In this document: positions 8,636-15,433 of the stretch, piece by piece
Layout of the letters: each line of letters opens with the position of its first letter
How positions within the stretch are numbered: the stretch's first letter is position 1
Position numbers and translations under genes: made by a program
Notes under the pieces: generated by a model
The model's input: only the letters and a program-made list of their open reading frames with translations
Databases searched by the model: none
Told to the model about the DNA's origin: nothing
IMG/VR virus record: IMGVR_UViG_2645727635_000012
Source: a virus
Lineage: Duplodnaviria > Heunggongvirae > Uroviricota > Caudoviricetes
Reading direction: 5' to 3' (one strand)
DNA: 21,521 nucleotides

Positions 8636-9112
8636 TTATTTAGTCAGGTCTAGAATAACCAGGCCTTTTCTTGATTCTATTTGCTCTTTACCAAAAACAA
8701 ACGAATCAAAACAATCCATACGATATTCTTTAAACTGATTTCTTGAACGTTCCAGAAACTGCCTGTCATCCCTGATAACGTTAGACCAGTAATCCTGTAG
8801 CTGGTTTTTCATTTTTATGCAGGAACCATACACAGGATCAAGCGGGTCGTCCCCCAGTTTACTGGCCTGTTCATCCAGTTGTTTTAGTCCTTTTTTGATA
8901 TTCTTCCACTCTTCAATATTTCCCTGCTGATACTGCGATGCAGCTTCTGGCATAGCGTAATAAAGTTTTCCACTTTCCCGAAGTATCTGTTCAGCCAATG
9001 GCTTCATATCCTGATAACGTTTCAGTTCCTTTTGCGCCTGTTCCTCTGTCTGTGCCAGCACAGAACAAGAGAAAATAACCCCTACTAAACAAAACAACCA
9101 TTTTTTCATCAT
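8636..9112 (-). CDS. Secreted or periplasmic protein of unknown function (cargo gene, lower GC than neighbours)
   Basis: 158 aa with N-terminal signal peptide MMKKWLFCLVGVIFSCSVLA; visibly AT-rich codon usage; start overlaps GemA stop (ATGA); followed by its own terminator. Confidence 0.7.
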   Translation of the reverse strand: MMKKWLFCLVGVIFSCSVLAQTEEQAQKELKRYQDMKPLAEQILRESGKLYYAMPEAASQYQQGNIEEWKNIKKGLKQLDEQASKLGDDPLDPVYGSCIKMKNQLQDYWSNVIRDDRQFLERSRNQFKEYRMDCFDSFVFGKEQIESRKGLVILDLTK

Positions 9113-9507
9113 TGATTTCTCCTTCTTGAATCTTTAACCAGCGCCACCATCACTCCAAAAAGCTGTTCATCCGTCAGCCATTCGATCACATGTTGCTTAT
9201 ACATGTGAGATGCCAGTCCTTCCGCATACGCCCAGGAACGACCGGCATCAGCCAGTAACGCTTCAATTTTGGATAATACCGATTTTCTGCTCATTGCAAC
9301 ACGAGGGCGGCGACCTTTACCGGCGGGGGCCTTGCGCGGAAATCCCTGTTCATGCATGTATTCCCGGATGATGCGCAGTTCATCGAGATTGCAGCGTGTG
9401 GTGCTGGTTTTACCGGTCAGACGGGCCAGCGTCTGGCGATAAAGGGCATCATCCCACCCCAGATACGCCTGACCGGCTTTAATGGCCCCGATCATCTTTT
9501 TCAGCAT
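9109..9507 (-). CDS. gemA: GemA-like protein (Mu gp16 family, DUF1018)
   Basis: Start trimmed to the internal ATG with GAGGAT Shine-Dalgarno; motif GWDDALYRQTL...GKTS...LDEL...GF matches the gp16/GemA pattern; lies upstream of the Mor/C gene as in Mu. Confidence 0.75.
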   Translation of the reverse strand: MLKKMIGAIKAGQAYLGWDDALYRQTLARLTGKTSTTRCNLDELRIIREYMHEQGFPRKAPAGKGRRPRVAMSRKSVLSKIEALLADAGRSWAYAEGLASHMYKQHVIEWLTDEQLFGVMVALVKDSRRRNQ

Positions 9508-9757
9508 GTTTGTTATCCTCAAAACGCACGGTAAAACGTGAAACGCCAATTCCTGACAGGAACGCAGCGGCACGATCAAGAGACAGCCACGTCTTGTAAT
9601 CGCCACGGCGTTCCTGTAGAAAATAGGACACCCCGGCGCGGCGATTCACAGCGAAGAGGTGATACACACCACCGAACCGCTGCACGACGAACTCATCCAC
9701 GCCACCGCTTTCAGCCTGTTGCCTGAAAGCTGCCATTCCGACTTGTTCAATCTTCAT
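9479..9757 (-). CDS. Hypothetical protein (about 92 aa)
   Basis: ORF trimmed to the internal ATG at 9757; the alternative upstream ATG lies in the centre of the palindrome; overlaps GemA start. Confidence 0.5.
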   Translation of the reverse strand: MKIEQVGMAAFRQQAESGGVDEFVVQRFGGVYHLFAVNRRAGVSYFLQERRGDYKTWLSLDRAAAFLSGIGVSRFTVRFEDNKHAEKDDRGH

Positions 9758-9760
9758 AAT

Positions 9761-9806
9761 GACCAAAACACTACTTTTGGCAGACCAAAACATATGTTTT
9801 GGTCTG
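9761..9806. promoter_or_regulatory. Perfect 26-bp palindrome CAGACCAAAACATATGTTTTGGTCTG (9781..9806) plus an extra GACCAAAAC half-site (9761..9769); candidate operator
   Basis: Read directly from sequence; located between the small basic-protein genes and the 92-aa gene. Confidence 0.5.
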
Positions 9807-9824
9807 CTATTGGTTATTATTTAA

Positions 9825-10007
9825 TCACTTTGCGTTAGTGTGATTCTTCCAGCGGTTTTGCGCCGCACTGGGCTTTTTGCAACAACTGTGCCCCATCACC
9901 CCGCAACACCCTGTCAACCTCACTCGTCTGTTACTAATCCTCAACCATCGCCAGACCCCAACACCGTTTCTTCGAGCTAACAGAATCTTTGCTTTACGGT
10001 TTTTCAT
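9825..10007 (-). CDS. Small basic Cys-rich protein (60 aa; CCGVMGHSCC)
   Basis: ATG overlaps the stop of the upstream 57-aa ORF (ATGA); very basic composition. Confidence 0.4.
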   Translation of the reverse strand: MKNRKAKILLARRNGVGVWRWLRISNRRVRLTGCCGVMGHSCCKKPSAAQNRWKNHTNAK

Positions 10008-10177
10008 CGTTTTGCTCTCCTGCGTTTCTTTGCTTCGCGTCGTGCAGCTGCAATACCGGTATGGCGCTTTGGTGCCGGGATGATGCTGTCAGCCATCAGG
10101 GCATGTGGCTTTGCAATTAGCGCAGAAGCCCAAAAACGAGTCGGGTATGGTAATAAACCGATAAACGCTACACGCAT
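10004..10177 (-). CDS. Unannotated 57-aa protein: hydrophobic N-terminal half, poly-basic tail (RREAKKRRRAKR)
   Basis: Not in the ORF track (under 60 aa); strong AAGGAGG Shine-Dalgarno 5-6 nt upstream; ATG overlaps stop of the 165-aa gene (TAATG); manual translation. Confidence 0.45.
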   Translation of the reverse strand: MRVAFIGLLPYPTRFWASALIAKPHALMADSIIPAPKRHTGIAAARREAKKRRRAKR

Positions 10178-10674
10178 TACGCACCTCCTTTGGCGTCAAT
10201 ATTTACAGCCTGGCAAGCCTCGTTGAGTACCCAGTCAACCGCGTCTTTCCATGCTCCGGTTTCGACTGGCGGATTCTCACACTTTACCTGTTCATAGAAA
10301 CGCACTGCTTTAACTAGTCCTTCCGGCACTACCGACGCTGGCGGGGCAGCATAAAGCTCATGCATTCCATCAGGTAGCGAGTGACCTACATACTCACTGA
10401 ACCCATCAACACACATGCATCCATCTTCAACAATGCATGACGCTACTGGCAAAGCCACCTCCCGTGCCTCCAGTTCTTCTGCCCACTCCCGAAGCCCTTC
10501 AATCTCACCATTACGAGCTATCAGATCGCGACACAGTCTTTCGTTTTCATCCAGCAACGCCTGCACAACCTCCGGCGTAGCCGCAGCATGAAAAGCCTGT
10601 AGGTTCTGCCACGTCGTATCCCCCTTCGCGGCCTCTGTCACCTCACGCAGTGCCTGATAGTTAATCTCGCTCAC
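10177..10674 (-). CDS. Hypothetical protein, possibly ead/Ea22-like family (165 aa)
   Basis: N-terminus MSEINYQALREV...PEVVQALLDENERL resembles the ead/Ea22-like family from memory; Cys-rich middle; overlaps upstream gene. Confidence 0.5.
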   Translation of the reverse strand: MSEINYQALREVTEAAKGDTTWQNLQAFHAAATPEVVQALLDENERLCRDLIARNGEIEGLREWAEELEAREVALPVASCIVEDGCMCVDGFSEYVGHSLPDGMHELYAAPPASVVPEGLVKAVRFYEQVKCENPPVETGAWKDAVDWVLNEACQAVNIDAKGGA

Positions 10675-10930
10675 TGGTTGCCTCCTTTTCCCATGTTTTC
10701 AGACTTTCACCACAGAACGGGCAAAAACACATGGCAACACCACGACCGACATATTGGCCGGAGTGAATTTGAGCAATGTCTAAGCCTGGCTCGCTGGTGT
10801 TTATATTCACGCGTTCCGGGATAAATATGCCTTTACTCTTAAAGGCTGGATTTCCATATTCGAGTGCTTTTGCCAGTACCGCACACGGTTCTATCTGATT
10901 GCCATTAATTCGACACTTTAATTCACTCAC
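10661..10930 (-). CDS. Small zinc-ribbon-like protein (about 89 aa; CxxxxxxxxxC ... CFCPFC)
   Basis: Start trimmed to GTG with GGGAGGAG Shine-Dalgarno 5 nt upstream; four to five Cys in zinc-ribbon-like spacing. Confidence 0.55.
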   Translation of the reverse strand: MSELKCRINGNQIEPCAVLAKALEYGNPAFKSKGIFIPERVNINTSEPGLDIAQIHSGQYVGRGVAMCFCPFCGESLKTWEKEATSERD

Positions 10931-11091
10931 TTCAACTCCTCCCGACGACGTTCCTGAAGTTCCAGCATTGCGGCCCGGAAATCCTGCCACCATTCCTCAT
11001 CGGCAACGGGTGTGTTCCGCTCCAGCACCTTGTCAGCATCGGCAATCAGTCTGGTCAGGCTCTTATCGCTTATTCTGGTTTGCTGGTTCAC
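10927..11091 (-). CDS. Unannotated 54-aa acidic protein, GTG start
   Basis: Not in the ORF track; AGGAGG Shine-Dalgarno 7 nt upstream of GTG; start overlaps upstream stop and stop overlaps downstream start (GTGA both sides). Confidence 0.45.
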   Translation of the reverse strand: MNQQTRISDKSLTRLIADADKVLERNTPVADEEWWQDFRAAMLELQERRREELK

Positions 11092-11312
11092 TGCGCCGCC
11101 TCCTGTTTTGCCACTTTAAACGCCCGTAACATCGGAACCGTTTTACCGGTGATGACGGTTTTCATTAAAAGGCCACCGCCACTCTGGTGGCGCACTTCAG
11201 GAGCCACAAACAGCGCCGCATCCACAACCCGGCAATAGCGACGGAACTCCCAGAACCAGCAGGTAACAATGATTTTTGCGGTGACTCCGTAGTCATAAAA
11301 TTCAATATTCAT
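11088..11312 (-). CDS. Hypothetical protein (74 aa)
   Basis: ORF in the coupled chain; overlaps neighbours by 4 nt. Confidence 0.5.
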   Translation of the reverse strand: MNIEFYDYGVTAKIIVTCWFWEFRRYCRVVDAALFVAPEVRHQSGGGLLMKTVITGKTVPMLRAFKVAKQEAAQ

Positions 11313-11536
11313 TTGCAGTTAAACCTTCTTTTGTGACGTTCTACAGCGGCTTTCATGGCGTTGTGTACTGTTCTTTTAATAATCCGGTGTCCCGCACTGT
11401 CATAGAACCGCCACCGGGAAGCCCCCGGATATTTAGGGAACTCAACCGCCGCGCTACCGTCATTCATCCTGTATTCGTGGCGTTCTCCGGGAGGCTGGTA
11501 TATTGCTTCGGTAACACTGAGAAGTTTAAAAGCCAT
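11309..11536 (-). CDS. Hypothetical protein (75 aa)
   Basis: ORF in the coupled chain; starts 3 nt after the DUF2786-like gene. Confidence 0.5.
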   Translation of the reverse strand: MAFKLLSVTEAIYQPPGERHEYRMNDGSAAVEFPKYPGASRWRFYDSAGHRIIKRTVHNAMKAAVERHKRRFNCK

Positions 11537-11538
11537 CG

Positions 11539-12249
11539 TTACCCCCTCCCCAGTGCCAGCGGTCTGTTGCTCTGACCATTAACCCCCTGATGCAGCCTGG
11601 CGTTTTTCCCGGCGATAAAACCGGCAGTAGCGGCAAACTCTGCACCCCGACACGCTTTAGCTGTGCGCATATCCCCGTCGCGCAGTCCTTTAGTGCTGTG
11701 CAGGTTCTTTCTGTAAAGCTCAAGGCGGCTTTTTTCTTCCGGGGAGACGTCATACACCGCAATGACATCACGGGCACCAAAGACCCAGCCTTCGCAGAAC
11801 TGGTCGCCACGGGCTACCCGTGTGGACGGACCACAACGTCTGCAGTGTTTATCCTGATATTTCTTGCGCTCTGCCATCATCTGACGGGAAAGCACATCAA
11901 ACGCGTAGGCCGCAATTTCCGGGCGACTGTCAGGACCATAAAAACGAACGTAACGTTTGAGTGAACCAGAAGCCCGGTATTCACCTGAGATGTAACACTC
12001 GACACCGAAGGCTTTACATACCAGGTCACACAGGATGTGCATATAACGCGGCGGTGTACTGGCGTCACTCGGCGCACCCGCGCTGGCAGCTTCCTGAATG
12101 TCGAACAATTCCGCGTCGTTTTCGCTGATGCCATGCTGGCGCATATAAGCCTGGGCTTTTGCAATAGCGTTAGCGGCTTCTTCCGGGCTTGATGTTCCTC
12201 TGGCAAGGCGTAACAGTTTTTTGATTTTGGCAATGTATTTATCTTTCAT
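11539..12249 (-). CDS. DUF2786-like prophage early protein (236 aa)
   Basis: N-terminal KIKKLLRLA...SSPEEAANAIAKAQAYM is typical of DUF2786; common in prophage early regions. Confidence 0.65.
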   Translation of the reverse strand: MKDKYIAKIKKLLRLARGTSSPEEAANAIAKAQAYMRQHGISENDAELFDIQEAASAGAPSDASTPPRYMHILCDLVCKAFGVECYISGEYRASGSLKRYVRFYGPDSRPEIAAYAFDVLSRQMMAERKKYQDKHCRRCGPSTRVARGDQFCEGWVFGARDVIAVYDVSPEEKSRLELYRKNLHSTKGLRDGDMRTAKACRGAEFAATAGFIAGKNARLHQGVNGQSNRPLALGRG

Positions 12250-12262
12250 GGTCGTCTGAACC

Positions 12263-12445
12263 TCAGCATCCTGAATTCTGAATTACGCAACTTCCGGCAC
12301 GGCCTTCAGGAGCGTGGGGAGCTCGTTCTGGCTGCGGCGCTGAATGAACATCTGCTGTTGATTGAGAACTGGTCGCAAGACGATTAAAACAAACGATTGT
12401 CAGATTAATTTCGCGGGCGAATTTTTTTTGCTTAGCGATATTCAT
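12263..12445 (-). CDS. Possible small protein (60 aa), weak call
   Basis: ORF with GAGGAAG Shine-Dalgarno 8 nt upstream; low-complexity composition. Confidence 0.3.
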   Translation of the reverse strand: MNIAKQKKFAREINLTIVCFNRLATSSQSTADVHSAPQPERAPHAPEGRAGSCVIQNSGC

Positions 12446-12464
12446 AAATAAACTTCCTCAGATT

Positions 12465-12508
12465 CAGGCGTAAGCCAGCCCCGGCGGGTTTACGCCTGTT
12501 TTAAATAA
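12465..12508 (+). terminator. GC-rich hairpin with downstream T-run on the plus strand
   Basis: 9-bp stem CAGGCGTAA / TTACGCCTG with 16-nt structured loop then GTTTTAAATAA; the U-tract is only on the plus strand, opposite to the flanking genes. Confidence 0.4.
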
Positions 12509-12527
12509 CAATTAAAAACAAATTAAA

Positions 12528-12719
12528 TTAATGCGGTGCTTTCAGTGTTTCGACTTTTACGAAATAAGGCTCGACATTAATTTCAACCACACAACCACAT
12601 TTAAAATCTCTGGCAGGTGAAACGGTTTTCACTACACGACCACCACGCAACGCAGGATGTGCAGTGTGCATGAAGCGTGTCCCTACCGGATACTGCTTAT
12701 TAAAGTTCTTCGCATTCAT
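12528..12719 (-). CDS. Hypothetical protein (63 aa)
   Basis: ORF in the early region. Confidence 0.45.
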   Translation of the reverse strand: MNAKNFNKQYPVGTRFMHTAHPALRGGRVVKTVSPARDFKCGCVVEINVEPYFVKVETLKAPH

Positions 12720-12933
12720 GGCGTGGCCTCCAGCCCTTCAGGTGAGCGTTAGCGCAGAACTCCGCACGATGTTCAGCCCAGATGCGGCGCAGGGTGCTAC
12801 ACGGGCTTTGCGCTGCCTTACGCCACAGTTTTTCAGCCTCAGCATAATCGCCGCGTTGTTCTGCTCTGGATGCGCCCAGCGAATACGCTGCGCAACTATT
12901 TCCGGCTCTGTACTCTTTGATATCCTGATGCAT
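12700..12933 (-). CDS. Hypothetical protein (about 77 aa)
   Basis: Start trimmed to the ATG 1 nt after the upstream TAA stop (TAACATG). Confidence 0.45.
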   Translation of the reverse strand: MHQDIKEYRAGNSCAAYSLGASRAEQRGDYAEAEKLWRKAAQSPCSTLRRIWAEHRAEFCANAHLKGWRPRHECEEL

Positions 12934-12934
12934 G

Positions 12935-13579
12935 TTAAACCCCTGCAATATCCAGCGGGATTGCGCGGTATTCATCAGAATCACCGACGCGCTCATATAC
13001 GCGGATATAGCTCTTGCTGCCAATCACCTGGACGGCTTCACCAATCAGCGTCATGGCGTTATTCCAGCGTTCGTCCTCAATTTCAAGGCGACGCAAGGCC
13101 AGAACGCGCCCGGTGTTAATGTTGCCTTCCTTGTCCGTGCTGAATGCCTCGCTGATGATGGCTTTGATTTCAGGGCGTGCACCTTCCGTCCAGTCAGCCA
13201 GGCAATCATCAATCAGCGACTTCGCGGTCTGAATGCGTTCATCAAACGCGATACGGTCCTGCATGGCGCGCTGAATCTTGTAACGCCCGTCAAAGCTGTA
13301 AAGCGTGATATTCCCTTTTTTGCCGCCTTTCACAGCGCCGTATTTCTCCGCCGACAGGTCAATAAATGCCTGGATATCACCAAACGCACGCAGTTTCAGT
13401 TCCCGCAGTGAGGCGGAGGCAGCAATCACCATCTCCACAAGCTCACCGACCAGCTGCTCGCGGTCGCGGTCAATATCTTTGATAAGGCTTTCAGGTGTCA
13501 TTACGCCACGGGCATCCACCCAGTAACCTTCAGGCGCTTGAGTTTTCGTGTATTGCTTAACTTTATTTTCAGTCGTCAT
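12935..13579 (-). CDS. Conserved Mu-like early-region protein, possibly DUF3164 family (214 aa)
   Basis: Size and location typical of DUF3164 proteins in Mu-like prophages; family recalled, not searched. Confidence 0.6.
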   Translation of the reverse strand: MTTENKVKQYTKTQAPEGYWVDARGVMTPESLIKDIDRDREQLVGELVEMVIAASASLRELKLRAFGDIQAFIDLSAEKYGAVKGGKKGNITLYSFDGRYKIQRAMQDRIAFDERIQTAKSLIDDCLADWTEGARPEIKAIISEAFSTDKEGNINTGRVLALRRLEIEDERWNNAMTLIGEAVQVIGSKSYIRVYERVGDSDEYRAIPLDIAGV

Positions 13580-13608
13580 AATTAAATTACCTCAGTGATA
13601 TTTACAGA

Positions 13609-13824
13609 TTAATGTGTGTTATGCGCGCAGGGGGCCACGCCAACAGAAAATAAATCAACGCCGTTAAATTCTTTATTAAGCGTTTGATTCATTACCTCCC
13701 ATAACCGTTGTCTTACTCCGACCTCTTTATCCGTAAATCCTTTTTTATCAATAGCCCCCATACTCCTGACACGAAGCGTGCCGTTTTCATCGGTATAGAT
13801 GATTACCTCTAACTTAACCGCCAT
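13609..13824 (-). CDS. Hypothetical protein (about 71 aa)
   Basis: Start trimmed to the internal ATG with AAGGTGG Shine-Dalgarno 5 nt upstream. Confidence 0.45.
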   Translation of the reverse strand: MAVKLEVIIYTDENGTLRVRSMGAIDKKGFTDKEVGVRQRLWEVMNQTLNKEFNGVDLFSVGVAPCAHNTH

Positions 13825-14005
13825 GTTTTCCACCTTTGAAATCAAACGATTTAAAAATAATTTCGTTCATAAAACAGTGAGTTTTTATGATAATGTCGGA
13901 AACCTGCTCTCCCGTGACATCAGGCGGCAACTGATACGTCGCGACAGCTTTCTCCGGTTTACCAGGCCTGTCCAGGCTGAAGGTTAAGTCAGGCTCTAAT
14001 GACAT
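13814..14005 (-). CDS. Hypothetical protein (63 aa)
   Basis: ORF in the early region; overlaps the next gene by 11 nt. Confidence 0.4.
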   Translation of the reverse strand: MSLEPDLTFSLDRPGKPEKAVATYQLPPDVTGEQVSDIIIKTHCFMNEIIFKSFDFKGGKHGG

Positions 14006-14015
14006 TTTTCACCTC

Positions 14016-14267
14016 TCAATGCATTTGTGTCTCTTGAGGAATATACGGACATCCCTGTGCCAGTTGTTTCACGTAATCATGGTAGATTTGCAGATCAAGC
14101 CGTTCATTTCCGTGTTTCTCTTTCAGAATCGTACAAATAGCGCCAACAGTCCCCAGAGTTCTTGCCGCTTCTTCGAGTGTGGCATTGTCGCCATTTTCCA
14201 CCCGAATAAGGTTATGGCACTGGTTATTACCCAGGTCGGTAAATACTATTGTTAATTTCACGCTCAC
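14016..14267 (-). CDS. Hypothetical protein (83 aa), GTG start
   Basis: ORF in the early region downstream of B. Confidence 0.45.
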   Translation of the reverse strand: MSVKLTIVFTDLGNNQCHNLIRVENGDNATLEEAARTLGTVGAICTILKEKHGNERLDLQIYHDYVKQLAQGCPYIPQETQMH

Positions 14268-14282
14268 TTTTAATTCCTCGTT

Positions 14283-14507
14283 TTATTGCCATACGACGGT
14301 GCAGCCGTCGATACAGGACGTTTTAACCACACGACGCAGGCCGCTGAATGTCTGGATGATTTCCGTTATCGGCCATACAGGACCGCCCACGGGCGGGCAG
14401 GCATAAACCACAGGTAAACGGTGATGTTGCCCAGTTACGCGACCGCCGGTGGTGTGGATGGCTACACGGGCACGGGAACGGACGGCGTTAATGGTCTGCT
14501 TGTCCAT
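14283..14507 (-). CDS. Small protein immediately downstream of B (74 aa); position and size match Mu Kil
   Basis: Start trimmed to the internal ATG with GGAGAA Shine-Dalgarno 7 nt upstream; Kil assignment is positional only. Confidence 0.4.
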   Translation of the reverse strand: MDKQTINAVRSRARVAIHTTGGRVTGQHHRLPVVYACPPVGGPVWPITEIIQTFSGLRRVVKTSCIDGCTVVWQ

Positions 14508-14521
14508 CGTCTTGTTCTCCA

Positions 14522-15415
14522 TCAGTGAATTAACATTTCTGAATATTTATCAATGGCCTGCACACTGACCGGTGCATCGCTGATATCACAAATCCGGTAC
14601 ACACCGCGCGCCAGCTTGAACAGACGACGGGCATTGCCCAGCGAACGTGTGTAAAGTGCCTCACCAATTTCCGGGTCTGCCGCTTCCGGCATCATGTCTG
14701 TGGCAATCTTGTTAAAATCTTCCTGCGTCAGCGTATCGCCCAGGTTAAGCGCCAGCGCCACGCGGCTGTATAATTGAGCGAACTCACCACAACGGCCCTT
14801 AAGGTTAATCAGAAGGTGAGGCATACCCGCCAGGACAATCCCGATACCCGCTTTGTCATGCAGACGGCGCAATACCTCCAGTGCACGATAGGGAAGCAGT
14901 TCAGCCTCATCCACCATCAGCAGACGACCTGACCCACGCAGTTCACGCACACAGGCATCAATCTTCTCGCGAATATCGCCGTGAACCTTTATACCCAGCT
15001 GACGGCACAGTTCATCGAGTAACTTTCTGGCCGTATAGCCAATATCGGCTTCAATGAGCACTACATCCCGGTTTCTGGCAGCATACTCACTCAGAATCAT
15101 GCTTTTACCCAGACCCGCCGCGCCATACAGCACGCAAATATCACACTCCAGATGGGCGTAGGTCAGCACCTCCAGCCCTTTGGCGGCCATGCCGGTGGTG
15201 ACAAATCGCACTTTAATACGGCGGTTGTTTTCCTTTTCCCATTCACGGGTCACAAAGGCAGAAATGCGTTCTTCAATATCAGCCATATCGCCCTGATATT
15301 TACCCTGCAAATACTGGTTAATAACGGCGCTGCTACGACCAATAGCACGGGCAACGTGGGTCTGCGTAAAGCCGCGACGGGCCATTACGTCATTTAATTG
15401 CGTAATTAAACTCAT
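14522..15415 (-). CDS. B: DNA transposition ATPase B (MuB-like, AAA+)
   Basis: 297 aa; N-terminal helix-turn-helix-like region; Walker A LYGAAGLGKS; directly downstream of the transposase. Confidence 0.9.
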   Translation of the reverse strand: MSLITQLNDVMARRGFTQTHVARAIGRSSAVINQYLQGKYQGDMADIEERISAFVTREWEKENNRRIKVRFVTTGMAAKGLEVLTYAHLECDICVLYGAAGLGKSMILSEYAARNRDVVLIEADIGYTARKLLDELCRQLGIKVHGDIREKIDACVRELRGSGRLLMVDEAELLPYRALEVLRRLHDKAGIGIVLAGMPHLLINLKGRCGEFAQLYSRVALALNLGDTLTQEDFNKIATDMMPEAADPEIGEALYTRSLGNARRLFKLARGVYRICDISDAPVSVQAIDKYSEMLIH

Positions 15416-15433
15416 AATTAAATACCTTTTAAA

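Noticed and set aside
9479-9606. Longer N-terminal extensions given by the ORF track for several genes (GemA-like from 9606, zinc-ribbon from 10993, ner from 17748, repressor from 17866, membrane protein from 7626)
   Set aside because: Internal ATG or GTG starts have clear Shine-Dalgarno sequences and remove long overlaps with upstream genes; the extended N-termini lack ribosome-binding sites
12250-12400. Plus-strand reading frame ending ...LNEHLLLIENWSQDD*, which looked like a gene remnant
   Set aside because: No start codon or ribosome-binding site; extends antisense into the DUF2786-like gene; probably chance
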